Below, piece after piece: positions 38,025 through 50,829 of a stretch of 64,000 nt of DNA. The translations under genes were made by a program, and so were the position numbers. The DNA is from Squalus acanthias (Eukaryota). Positions within the stretch are counted from its first letter, which is position 1, and each line of letters opens with the position of its first letter. The DNA lies in NCBI GenBank assembly GCA_030390025.1, contig CM059432.1:55926001-55990000 (forward strand). Direction: 5' to 3'. Under the pieces are notes generated by a model. It saw only the letters and a list, made by a program, of their open reading frames with translations, did not search any database and had not been told where the DNA came from.

Positions 38025-40720
38025 CAATTCGTTTATGGGATGTGGGTGTCGCTGGCAAAGCCAGCATTTATTGCCCATCCCTAATTGCCCTCGAGAAGGT
38101 GGTGGTGAGTTGCCTTCTTGAACCACTGCAGTCCGTGTGGTGAAGGTACTCCCACAGTGCTGTTAGGTAGGGAGTTCCAGGATTTTGACCCAGCGACGAT
38201 GAAGGATCGGCGATATACTTCTAAGTCAAGATGGTGTATGACTTGGAGGTGGTGGTGTTCCCATGTGTCTGCTGCCCTTGTCCTTCTAGGTGGAAGAGGT
38301 CGCGAGTTTGGGAGGTGCTGCCGAAGAAGCCTTGGCGAGTTGCTGCAGTGCATCTTGTAGATGGTACATACTGCAGCTACGGTACACCGGTGGTGGAGGG
38401 AGTGAATGTTTAAGGTGGTAGATGGGGTGCCAATCAAGCAGGCTGCTTTGTCCTGGATGGTATCGAGCTTCTTGAGTGTTGTTGGAGCTGCACTCATCCA
38501 GGCAAGTGGAGAGTATTCCATCACACTCCTTACTTGTGCCTTGTAGATGGTAGAAAGGCTTTGGGGAGTCAGGAGGTAAGACACTTGCCGCAGAATACCT
38601 AGCCTCTGACCTGCTTTTGTTGCCACAGTATTTATGTGGCTGGTCCAATTAAGTTTCTGGTCAATGGTGACCCCCAGGATGTTGATGGTGGGGGATTCAG
38701 CGATGGTAATGCCATTGAATGTCAAGGGGCGGTGGTTAGACTCTCGCTTGTTGGAGATAGTCACTGCCTGGCACTTCTGTGGCGCGAATGTTACCTGCCA
38801 CTTATCAGCCCAAGCCTGAACATCGTCCAGGTCTTGTTGCATGCGGGCATGGACTGCTTCATTATCTGACGCCTTCCATCACTTTGCTGATGATTGAGAG
38901 TAGACTGATGGGGCGGTAGTTGGCCGGATTGGATTTGTCCTGCTTTTTGTGGACAGGACATACCTGGGCAGTTTTCCACATTGTCGGATAGATGCCAGTG
39001 ATGTAGTTGTACTGGCACAGCTTGGCTAGAGACACAGCTAGTTCTGGAGCACAAGTCTTCAGCACGCTAGCGGGGGGCACGCTAGCTGGGATGTTGTCAG
39101 GGCCCATAGCCTTTGCTGTATCCAGTGCGCTCAGCCATTTCTTGATATCACGTGGAGTGAATTGAATTGGCTGAAGACTGGCTTCTGGGATGGTGGGGAC
39201 CTCAGAAGGAGGCCGATATGGATCATCCACTCGGCACTTCTGGCTGAAGATGGTTGCAAACTCACGTGTTGGGCTCCACCATCATTGAGGATGGGGATAT
39301 TCATGGAGCCTCCTCCTCCCGTTGGTTGTTTAATGGTCCACCACCATTCACGACTGGATGTGGCAGGACTGCAGAGCTTTGATCTGATCCGTTGATTGTG
39401 GGATCGCTTAGCCCTGTTTATAGCATGCTGCTTCCGCTTGTAAGCATGCATTTAGTCCTGTGTTGCACTTTTAGGTACGCGTAGTGCTGCTCCTGGCATG
39501 CTCGTCTACACTCCTTATTAAACCAGGGTTGATCCCCTGGCTTGATGGTAATGGTAGAGTGAGGGATATGCAGGGCCATGAGGTTACAGATTGTGGTGGA
39601 ATATAATTCTGCTGCTACTGATGGCCCACAGCGCCTCATGGATGCCCAGTTTTCAACTGCTAGATCTGTTCTGAATCTATCTCATTTAGCATGGTGGTAG
39701 TGCCACACAACATGATGGAGCGTGTCCTCAATGTGAAGACGGGACATCGTCTCCACAATGACTGTGCGGTGGTCACTGCTACCAATACTGTCATGGACAG
39801 ATGCATCTGTGACAGGTAGATTGGTGAGGATGAGGTCAAGTAGGTTTTCCCCTCGTGTTGGTTCTCTCTCCACCTGTCGCAGGCCCAGACTGGCAGCTAT
39901 GTCCTTCAGGACTCGGCCAGCTTGGTCAGTAGTGGTGCTACCGAGCCACTCTTGGTGATGGACATTGAAGTCCCCCACCCAGAGTACATTCTGTGCCCTT
40001 GCTACTCTGTGCTTCTTCCAAGTGTTGTTCAACATGGCGGAGTACTGATTCATCCGCTGAGGGAGGGCGGTAGGTGGTAATCAGCAGGAGGTTTCCTTGC
40101 CCATGCTTGACCTGAAGCCATGAGACTTCATGGGGTCCGGAGTCAATGTTGAGGACTCCCAGGGCTACTCCTTCCTGACTGTATACCACTGTGCCGCCAC
40201 CCCTGGTGGGTCTGTCCTGTCGGTTCAACAGGACTAACCCAGGGATGGTGATGGAGGAGTTTGGCACATTGGCTGAAAGGTATGATTCTGTGAGTATGAC
40301 TATGTCAGGCTGTTGCTTGACTAGTCTGGGACAGCTCTCCCAATTTTGGCACAAGTCCCCAGATGTTGGTGAGGAGGACTTTGCAGGGTTGACTGGGCTG
40401 GGTGTGCCGTTGCCATGTCCGTAGCTGGTGCCGAGGTCGATGCCAGGTGGTCCGTCTGGTTTCATTTTTATTATTTTGTTTCGTAGCGGTTTGTTTCAAC
40501 TGAGTGGCTTGCTGGGCCATTTCTGAGGGCAGTTAAGAGTCAACCACATTGCTGTGGGTCTGGAGTCACATTTAGGCCAGACCAGGTAAGGACGGCAGAT
40601 TTCCTTCCCTAAAGGACATGAGTGAACCAGATGGGTTTTTACGGCAATCCGATAGTTTCATGGTTACCATTACTGATGCTAGCTTTTTTTTTAATTCCAG
40701 ATTTATTTAATTAACTGAAT
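38025..40720 (-). mobile_element. Near full-length family-B LINE (CR1/L2 group; EN + RT), decayed and internally deleted
   Basis: PDIVILTES, YRPP, GDFN, SDH, KAMGPDNIP, NYRPISLLS, then a jump to MQQDLD..WQVTF (RT core missing at ~38866); 3' tail at 38040-38090. Confidence 0.88.
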
Positions 40721-41244
40721 TAACTGTACTGCCCTGTATGATAGAATACTCTTCTTTGTCTGTGCCTATTTAATTAATTATAATGACAATTTAAGGCAAA
40801 ATTAATCAAATACTGAGTGCTTCCCAAGGGCATTTGAATATAAATAGAAACAAGTTATTCTATGGCCAATTGTGCAATTCAGGGTATCATATCTTCAAAA
40901 GGGTAGTGGAGAAAATCCATGGAAAAGGCAGGATTTAGTGCTAGAAATTAGAAGAAATGTTTCTTTGCCAGTAGTAGTAGTATTAGTACACTCCTAATGC
41001 TGTGATCCCTTTAATGACCTGGTTAACAAAAACCATTATGTTTGTGTTTCTATTTTGCAATTTCAAAATTTGCGGACAACAACAAATTGAGGGTGTGTAT
41101 AATTAATACAGAGGAGCACTGCGACAAAATACAGGAAGGCATTAATAAACTTGCAGAATGGGCATGTAATTTCCAAATTAACTTCAATATAGATAAGTGT
41201 GAGGTCGTACATTTTGGTAGGAAGAATGAGGCCCCGCAGGTGAA

Positions 41245-41662
41245 GGAAGGAGACTTGCATTTATATAGCGCCTTTCACGACCACCGGACGTCCCAAAGTG
41301 CTTCACAGCCAATGAAGTACTTTTTTGAAGTGTAGTCACTGTTATAATGTAGGAAACGCGGCAGCCAATTTGCACACAGCAAGCTCCCACAAACAGCAAT
41401 GTGATATGATCAGATAATCTGTTTTAGTGATGTTGGTTGAGGGATAAATATTGGCCAGGACACCGGGGATAACTCCCCATCTCCTCTTCAAAATCGTGCC
41501 GTGGGATCTTTTACATCCACCCCTGAGAGGGCAGATGGGGCCTCGGTTTAATGTCTCATCTGAAAGACGGCACCTCCGACATTGCAGCTCTCCCTCAGTA
41601 CTGCACTGGAGTGTCAGCCTAGATTTTTGTGCTCAAGTCCTGGAGTGAGACTTGAGCACTTG
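41245..41662 (-). mobile_element. DeuSINE inserted in a CR1 fragment (41055-41830)
   Basis: Reverse complement of 9911-10309; AGGTGAA direct repeat at 41238-44 and 41663-69. Confidence 0.8.
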
Positions 41663-42200
41663 AGGTGAATAAGCAAACAAAGCACTGGGGTTCATTTCCA
41701 GAGGGATAGAATTGAAAAGCAGAGAAGTTATGCTAATCTTGTATAGAACCTTGGTTAGACCACACATGGAGTACTGTGAATAGATCTGGTCTCCATATTA
41801 TAAAAAGGATGTAGCGACATGGGAGAAGAACAATTGTAACTTACATAATCAGCTAGTCATCAATTTTCTGTAACATTATATTTGCTTTTCCTTATAACAA
41901 TATTCAGTTCAGGACTGCTGCGTGCACTGTTCATCTAAGGATGCATTTATACTGCGACTTTAGAATTATAGATAAATGGTTTCCATGCTAGAGTGAAACC
42001 TTCGACGATGATTTCAGCAGAGTTGTGATTTCACCAGAACTTCAGAATCGGGGATACAACAGGAACACTAGAATAAATCAGATCACCATTAATGATGGAC
42101 ACTCAAGCAAATGGCTATCACATTCCTTTGTCAGTATAGCTGCACCCCAAGATTAATTGTATAATTTAAAAAATATATATTTAGTAGTCTTGGGCTAGGA

Positions 42201-42593
42201 CAGTATTGTCCAATATATTAGCCACTAGCCACATGTGGGTAATTGGGAATCTAGATGTGGCTAATTCTGATTAGTAAATTAAAAATGAGATAGGCACTGT
42301 TGTTGGGCATGTGATCTCAGTACTCATATTTGCATGGTGTATGCATGTGTACTTTAACCTTTTTGTACGTTTGTTGATAAAATGCTAAGACAAAAAGCAG
42401 AGTGTAAGTGCTTTACTTCATTGGTTACTGAATGGTGGTAGATGTTTGTAAGTAAATATACATGTGAAGTATATTTACCAGTAATGTATGAGTGTGTGCA
42501 AGGTGTTTGCTACTAAAATTAGTGCATGTAGCTAAAACGGTGATGGTGTAGCCACACCTGTGGCTAGTAAACAATTTCTATTGCACAACAATG
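42201..42593. mobile_element. hAT-Charlie-like (MER3/MER33-type) non-autonomous DNA element
   Basis: Ends CAGTATTGTCCAATA / CTATTGCACAACAATG, internal TAGCCAC/GTGGCTA motifs, left flank GGCTAGGA. Confidence 0.55.
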
Positions 42594-42719
42594 GGCCGTG
42601 GGGGAAAACAATGAAAATGCGATTCCACTCTTAAATGTTATTCAATAACTCCCACTGTAAAGTGCAAATGTGCGGACACCTGGTAAGGACAGGATAAGAT
42701 TCGGTTGTGAAGATTCCCC

Positions 42720-43195
42720 CGAGCTGATCCAAAAATCCGCTGCCCGCATCCTAACTCGCACCAAGTCCTGGTTGCCCATCTTGCCCTGTGCTCACTGACC
42801 TACATTGGCTCCTGGTCCGTCAACGCCTCGATTGTAAAATTCTCATCCTTGTTTTCAAATCCCTCCATGGCCTTGACCCTCCCTATCTCTGTAATCTCCT
42901 CCAGCCCTACAACCTTCTGAGATCTCTGCTCCTCCAATTCTGGCCTCTTGCACATCCTTGATTTTAATCGCTCCACCATTGGCGGCCGTGCCTTAAGCTG
43001 TCTAGGCCCTAAGTTCTGGAATTCCCTCCCTCTACCTCTCTCCTTTTAAGGCGCTCCTTAAAACCTACCTCACGTGTCCTAATATCTCCTTATGTGGTTC
43101 GGTGTTAAATTTTGTTTGATAATGCTCCTGTGAAGTGCCGTGGGACATTTTTACTATGTTAAAGGTGCTATATAAATGCAGGTGGTTGTTGTTGC
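42720..43195 (+). mobile_element. L2 LINE 3' end
   Basis: IQ.SAARILTRTKS..L.DLHWL motif; tail 'gctatataaatgcaggtggttgttgttg'. Confidence 0.85.
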
Positions 43196-43261
43196 ATTTC
43201 TCTCAAATGGTTGAATAGCATACTGACATTCACTGTATGCTAATGTCTGTATGTACTGATG

Positions 43262-43683
43262 GACGGGACACATTGTCCGCATGCCCGATACGAGACTCCC
43301 AAAATAAGCGCTCTACTCGGAACTCCGGCACGGCAAGAGAGCCCCAGGTGGGCAGAGGAAACGCTTCAAGGACACCCTCAAAGCCTCCTTGGAAAAAGTG
43401 CAACATCCCCACCGACACCTGGGAATCCCTGGCCCAAGACTGTACAAAGTGGAGGAGAAGCATCCGGGAAGGCGCCGAACACCTCGAGTCTCTTCGCCGG
43501 GAGCAAGCGGAAGCCAAGCGCAAGGAGCGCACGTCAACCCAAGCACCCCACCCACCCGCCCCTTCAACCACCGTCTGCCCCACCTGAGACTGTAGGTCCC
43601 GCATTGGACTCATCAGTCACCTGCGAACTCATTTTTAATGTGGAAGCAAGTCATCCTCGGTTCCGAGGGACTGCCTAAGAGAG
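43262..43683 (+). mobile_element. RTE-clade LINE 3' end
   Basis: GHIVRMPDTRLPK..LYSELRHGKRAPGGQRKRFKDTLKASL..WESLAQD..KWRR..C...IGLISHLRTH; tail 'gagggactgcctaagaga'. Confidence 0.85.
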
Positions 43684-43908
43684 TACTCGCAGAATAAGAG
43701 TGCCGATTTAGGTGAGGTACCAGTGTCACAATGCAACACTGCCGCTTTTTGCTTTTTCATGTTTGCTGATTAAAATGCGACTTGTTAGATATTTTCTTGA
43801 AATTTGTGCCTATTAGAAATTCTTTTAATAGAAAATCCGTTCCACAATGGTTTACATTTCATTGATAAGGTGGCTGTAACTTTTAACTGCTTACTGTTTT
43901 ATCTGCAG

Positions 43909-44000
43909 TATCTACACTGAAGGAGCAACTTGAGGATTTGAAGAAAATGAACCAGAACTCTCACATATCAAATGAGAAAATAGTGCAGTTACAAAAACAA
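43909..44000 (+). CDS. ROCK1: ROCK1 exon (~15)
   Basis: ctgcag|TATCTA...AAACAA|gtaagc; VSTLKEQLEDLKKMNQNSHISNEKIVQLQKQ. Confidence 0.95.
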
Positions 44001-44087
44001 GTAAGCCCTAAACCCATATGCTGAAGTTTTTCAAAATCAAAAAAGCAAGGTATGCCTGAAAAACTTAATGCTGTTGTTTATTAATAG

Positions 44088-44334
44088 TTAGAAGAAGCTA
44101 ATGCTTTGCTACGATCTGAATCGGACACAGCTGCAAGATTACGGAGGAACCAAACTGAAATCACAAAGAACATGAGCCAGTTAGAGACTGTAAATAGTGA
44201 TCTGCAGGAGAGAAACCGAGCTTTAGAGAATACCAAGCTACAGCTGGAGAAAGATATTATCCAGCAACAATCTGCTTTGGATACTGAGAGAAGAGATCGC
44301 AGCCTTGGCTCAGAAATGATCGGTGATTTACAAG
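44088..44334 (+). CDS. ROCK1: ROCK1 exon (~16), after an 87-nt intron
   Basis: taatag|TTAGAA...TACAAG|gtaaga; LEEANALLRSESDTAARLRRNQTE...RDRSLGSEMIGDLQ. Confidence 0.95.
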
Positions 44335-44623
44335 GTAAGAGGCGTTTGGAAATTGATATGTTGTAATTTGTGATCTTTGGACCATTTCCTTCCTGCAGGC
44401 AAGTGGGAAAACTTGTCTCCAAGTCACACTTGGGCCACAAGATGTGTAAAAACAGCCAGATGATGACTCTCCCTTAGATTTTCCTCCCCTCCCCGGAATG
44501 ATTATTGTCTGATCGGCACCTCCCCATGGTGGCGATGAGGAACTCATTGGAGTGGAGAACTCCACTAATCTGTGGAAACAGGTGTTGGTCCTTTATCGTG
44601 CAATGACGTCCTTTGAAGTAATT

Positions 44624-45396
44624 GGCCCGGATTTTGCTCTCAGTGGCAAAGGAGTTCACCATTCACCTCGCTGACAGCTGCCCACAGACTTTTCATGGGC
44701 GTTTCAGCGGAGATTTCCCCATATCCGGAGTCTGTTTCAGCGCGGCGCCCTCTACCGGGATCTGTGGCATCTGTGAACAATAAAGCAACAGTGAGGCTCT
44801 TCAACTAATCAAATTGAAGAACCCTCACTGAGCCACGCAGAGTCCAAACCAGGAAGTATAAAGCAGGAAAAATAAATTAGATTTAAATCATGTACAGAAA
44901 GTGAAAGAAAGATTGGGAAATGCTGATGGGATTAAGAGAGAGAGAGATAAAAGAGACAGACAGCAAAATAAAAAAAAATGTAAATTTAAAAAAAAAACTC
45001 CAACACTAATTTTCTTCTGAGAAAATGAGACTCCACACTTGTAAAATTAATTTTTCTAGGCCAGAGAGGTTGTTCAGCAGTAATTATCACCTATTACGCT
45101 GTTAAAAACTCACTTACTCCTGAATGCACCAGCCCAAACTTTTTCAGCCATTTTTAGTGCAGAACTATTGGACAAATACTCCAATTTCACGCCGTTGCAG
45201 TCATTTCAATGCCGAGTCCATCGGCGAGGACTGCAACAGTGCACCCTGTGGAGGAGCAGGGTATCTCTCACAGCAACTTCAGGATTTCCCCGTTTAACAG
45301 CAACTTCTGGCTTCTGCACATGTGCAGTCAAATTTCCTTTATTATAACGGTGAGAGCTGTTAGCCTCACAGTTATTCTCATTGCAAATTCCGAGCC
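44624..45396 (+). mobile_element. Harbinger-like MITE related to 2986-3712
   Basis: TIRs GGCCCGGATTTTGC / GCAAATTCCGAGCC with ATT/AGT flanks; shared blocks such as 'ggccagagaggttgttcagcagt'. Confidence 0.7.
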
Positions 45397-47004
45397 AGTG
45401 TATTAATACAGCAAATGATGGTGATTACAGCGAAGTCTCTTTAGGACGATTCAGATGACATAATCAAGAATGAAGATCTAGCAGTTTATTCTCCTCCGTA
45501 TACCAAGATGATATTTTCATTGTAATCTATACCACTCACTTTTTTTATGTAGAAGTGTTATTTTTCACGTTAAAAATGGGCTTGACTATTTACAGTGTGA
45601 AAGGGTGGCACGCCCCCCCACCACACACAAGCCGGAGTTGAGCATCATGGCCAGCATCAACCAGGGCAATCTATTCAGTTGAAACATGATGATATTCTGA
45701 CTGAGATACTGTATTTTTAGCATAATCATAAAGTTTAATTTAATCTGCTGTATATATTTAATTTCTTGAGCTAATACATATTGTCTTTGTTTCGACCTCC
45801 AATTTTAACCACTTCAAGCAAACTGATTACATTAGGTGTACCTGGAATTCCTCATTAAACATTTAGTACTGAAGTACTCTTACAGTGTTCATATTGTTCT
45901 CAGTATAGTGTTCAGTTTTAAAACTTTTGTGTGCATCAAGGTGGCCAAAATTCAATTCATTTCTTTTTATTTAAAATCTGCTACTTTCTCTCCTTTACTT
46001 TCTTTCTTTCCCTCCTATCCTCTACTGAAGATATTGACTCCTTCCTCGTTTTCCCTCCACCCTCCCAGAACCTCACCTACATATGTGTGAGTTTTACCAT
46101 GGAGGCCATTATAACGAGTCCAAATCTATCTGTGTACACATATATTATGAGAGTTGCAAGATAGTGATCAGGAGTGAGAACTCTGTCCATGTTTCCCTAA
46201 CCCAGGTGCACTGAGGTCAATTGTAGCTAACTTCCCACAGACTAGGAATTTACCGTGGAATTTTTCTGGCCTGTATGGCTCAGTTACTCATTGGATAAAC
46301 TGACTGAGCCATCAATGAGTGTTGGCAGGAATCATCTGATGGCTTGGCTTCTTCCTGGATAAACTCAGCCGTCAGCCAAGTTACTTTTTTTCCTTTATTT
46401 TTGCATGCAACCTTTATCTGGTCCACTTCATTCACTTCCTAGTGGACAAAAACCCAGAGCACTAAAGTGCCTTCACATTTGGCACAAACTTCACGACTTC
46501 AGCAAGCATACGCTGAGGGGCTTTGAAGGAGAAATGGAAACGAAAATCACAGTTGTGCAACCGAGTAAGTGGCCAGTATGCTCCCAGGCCTTTGTTAATG
46601 CTGCTTTCTAGCAAAGAGACATGCAACAGCATGTCAATGACAAGACTCCCCAATTTTTCCCTCCATCTCTGTGGACGCAGTTGGTCTCTTATCTGCATCT
46701 CCATACTGCTTGGCTTCAATCTGGAACTCAGTGGAGTGCAGCACTCCATTCTGAGATTATGTGTTGGTAAGTCAACCTTCTGTGGCGTGGCATCATTTTT
46801 TAATTAACAGCTCAGCATGTCTTAAGTTCTGTCAGGATTGTAATAGCATGGTTAGGAACAATTGAAAACCCTCCTAAATTACCAAATCAATATTCTGAAA
46901 CCTTAATCTCTGAAGAGCATCCTTACTCACAAATGAACTTTTCCCCATTCTTCTATCTTTACAAGCCTCTCTGAGTATGCTTGCTGAATTGGTGATTTGT
47001 GCCA

Positions 47005-48204
47005 TATATGAACATACGAAAATGACAGGCAGGATAAGACCAGCTGGCCCATCAAGCCTGCCCCACACTCATAATGACTGGAGCATCATGACCAGATACT
47101 TCCTACCATCCCCCCACCCCGTAGCTATGTAATCTGGGAGAGGCAAAAAAAAGGAAAAACCCTGCACCAATGAGGGGAAAAATACTCTGTAAAATTCCAT
47201 AGAAAACACATGGCCCATCTGAGCCCTGTAATTTTTTTCCCTTCAAGTATTTATCCAATTCTCTTTTGAATGTTACTATTGAATCTGCTTCCACAACCCT
47301 TTCAGGCAGTGCATTCAGATCACAACTCGCTGTGTATAAAAAAAAAAAAAGTTTCCTCTTGTCGTTGCTGGTTCGTTTACCAATCACCTTAAATCTGTGT
47401 CCTTTGGTTACTGACCCTTCTGCCACTGGAAACGGTTTCTCTTTATGTACTCTATCAAAACCGTTCATGATTTTGAACACCTCTATCTAATCTCCTCTTA
47501 ACTTTCTCAACAACCCCAGCTTCTCCGGTCTCTCCACATAACTGAGGTCCCTCATCCTTGGTACCATTCTAGTAAATCTCTTCTGCACAAAGGAGGTTAG
47601 AGCAAAGGAGGTTGAGGGGTGATTTTAAACAGGTGTACAAGATTATGACGGGTTTGGATAGGCTAGACGGGGAAAGGCTGTTCCCACTAGTTGATGGTAC
47701 AAGGACTAGGGGACACAGATTTAAGGTATTGGGCAAGAGATACAAGGGGGGTTTAAGGAAAAACTTTTTTACGCAGCGAGTGGTGATGACCTGGAATTTG
47801 TTGCCGACGGAAGTGGTGGAAGCGGAGACACTCAATGTTTTCAAGGGAAGACTGGATAGGCACTTGAAGGAAATAAGCTTGCAGGGCTACGGGGATAGAG
47901 CGGGGGAATGGGACTGACTGGATTACTCTACAGAGAGCCAGCACGGACTTGATAGGCCGAATGGCCTCCTTCTGTGCCGTTATGATCCTATGACTCTGAG
48001 ATTAGGAAACCTTGTCATCCTTACTAAAGTGTGGTGTCCAGAATTCAACACAATACTCCACCTGAGACCTAACCAGTGTTTATCAAGGTTTAGCATAACT
48101 TCCTTGCTTTTTTACTCTCTTCCTCTTTTAATAAAGCCATGGATCCCATATGCTTTTTTAACAGCCTTCTCAATTTGTCATGCCACCTTCAAAGATTTGT
48201 GTAC
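47005..48204. mobile_element. Nested CR1 3' fragments (minus copy interrupted by a plus copy at ~47590-47995)
   Basis: FKIMNGFDRV..GHRFK (-) and RGDFKQVYKIM..RTRGHRFK (+). Confidence 0.8.
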
Positions 48205-50829
48205 ATAGGAACAGGAGTAGGCCACTCAACCCCTCGAGCTTGTTCTGCCATTCAATGAGATCATGGCTGATCTGCCACCTAACACCATTATACCCTTTGG
48301 CCTTTGGCCCATATCCCTTCATACCTTTGGTTAACAAAAAGCTATCAGTCTCAGATTTAAAATTAACAATTGATCTAGCATCAATTGCTGTCTGCGGAAG
48401 AGAGTTCCAAACTTCTACCACTGTAGAAGTGTTTCCTAATTTCACTCCTGAAAGGTCTGGCTCTAATTTTTAGACTATGCCCTCTAGTTCTAGAATCCCC
48501 AACCAGTGCAAATAGTTTGTGTAGTCACTCCTCATAATGTAACCCTTGAAGTCCGGGTATCATTCTGGTAAACCTACGCTGCACTTCCTCCAAGGCCAAT
48601 ATATCCTTCCTAAGGTTTGGTGCCCAGAACTGCTCACAGTACTCCAGGTGTGGTCTAACCAGGGTTTTGTATAGCTGCAGCATAACTTCTACGCCCTTGT
48701 ATTCTAGTCCTCTAGATATAAAGGCCAGCATTCCATTAGCCTTTTTGATTATTTTCTGTACCTGTTCATGACATTTTAATGATCTATATACCTGGACCCC
48801 CAAGTCTCTTTAGACCACCACTGATTTTAGCTTTTCATCATTTAGAAAGTACCCTGTTCTATCCTTTTTAGGTCCAAAGTGGATGACCTCACATTTGCTT
48901 ACATTGAAATCCATTTGCCACAGTTTTGCCCATTCACTTAATCTATCACTATCTCTTTGCAATTTTATGCTTTCATCTACACTGCCTACAATACCACCTA
49001 TCTTTGTGTCATCGACAAATTTGGATATATGACTTTCTATGCCTTCATCTAAGTCGTTCATAAATTTTGTGAATAGTTGAGGGCCCAACACAGATCCCTG
49101 CAGGACACCACTAGTTACATCCTGCCAATTTGAGTACCTACCCATTATCCCTACTCTCTGTCTCCTGCCGCTCAGCCAATTTCCTAACCAGATCAATAAT
49201 TTACCCTCAATTCCGTGGGCTTCTGCCTTGGATAACAGTCTCTTATGTGGGACTTTATCAAATGCTTTCTGGAAATCCATATAAATAACATCCATAGACA
49301 TTCCCCTGTCCACTACTTTAGTCACCTCTTCAAAAAATTCAATCAGGTTTGTCAGGCATGACCTACCTTTCACAAATCCATGCTGGCTCTCTCTGATCAG
49401 CTGAAAATTTTTGATGTGTTCAGTCACCCTCTCCTTAATTATAGACTCTAGCAATTTCCCGACAACAAATTTCAGGCTAACTGGTCTATAATTCCCTGGT
49501 TTCCCTCTCTCACCACTCTTAAATAGCGGAGTGACATGCACAATTTTCCAATCTAAAGGAACGGTTCTGAATCTAGAGAACTTTCGAAGGTTATAGTTAG
49601 GGCATCTGCCATGTGCTTACCTACTTCCTTTAAAACTCTGTAATGGAAACCATCTGGTCCTGGGGATTTGTCACTCTTTTATTGCCATTATTTTCTTCAT
49701 TACTGTTATTTTATTTACGTTAATTTTATTGAGTTCCTGTCCCCGATTCAATATTAGTTTCTTTGGGATTTCCGGCATGCTATCCTCCTCTTCTGCTGTA
49801 AACACTGACGCAAAATTATTATTCAACATTTCCGCCACTTCCTTATTATCATTGACAATATCACCGCTTTCAGTTTTTAAGGGGCTAACATTGCTCCTAA
49901 CTACCCTCTTTTTCCTAATGTAATTATAAAAATTCTTTATTAATTTTGATATCCCTTGCAAGTTTTTTTTCATACTCCCTTTTTGTAGCTCTTGCTATCT
50001 ATTTTGTGACCCTTTGCTGTTCTTTGTATCTTTCCCATTCGCCAGGATCTGTGCTATTTTTGTATGCTTTTTCTTTTAGTTTTATGCTGTCCCTTACCTC
50101 TTTAGTCATCCATGGCGCTTTTTTTGGCAAGTAGAGCTCTTGCCCCTCGGGTATAAACTGGTTCTGTATCACATTAAATTCTTTTTTAAACATCTCCCAC
50201 TGATCTTCTGTCGTTTCACCCGTTAACAGATTTGCCCAGTTTACTGTGGACAGTCTCTGCCTCATCCCATTGAAGTCAGCCTTACCTAAATCTAGAATCT
50301 TAGTTTCGCATTTCTCCCTTTCAAACGCTATGTTGAACTCGATCATGTTATGATCGCTATTGGATAAATGTTCACGCACAGTTAGGCTGTTAACTAAATC
50401 TGACTCATTACTCATTACTAAATCTAATATGGCTTGCCCCCTTGTTGCCTCTAGGACATATTGTAGAAAACTATCCTGGACACATAAGAAATTCACTACC
50501 TTTCTGACAGGTGCTAGTCTGCTTATCCCAATCTACAGGAAACTCTTTATTAACCGGCACCGGCGTGGTGCCGGTTTATCGAAAGTACCGGATAACGGAG
50601 AGTTATATCTACCGAGGCTATTTTTAACAAAGAAAAATAAATAAATCAAGAAATGTGCAGTATACAGTATTTGGGTACTCACCTACAGAATGTTGTGTTA
50701 AATGGATAGTGGAAGATGCTTGATTAAGTACAGTACTGCCAGTTGAGGGTAATCCATAACTCTTTAATTACTTAACAGTAAAACAAAACTTATAAACGAC
50801 TGTCTACAGTACTGTAGTTGACTGTACAC

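Noticed and set aside
44455..44518. Possible C/D-box snoRNA (ATGATGA ... CTGA)
   Set aside because: Only ~53 nt between the boxes, no convincing D' box or guide, weak terminal stem; a snoscan/Infernal hit would be needed.
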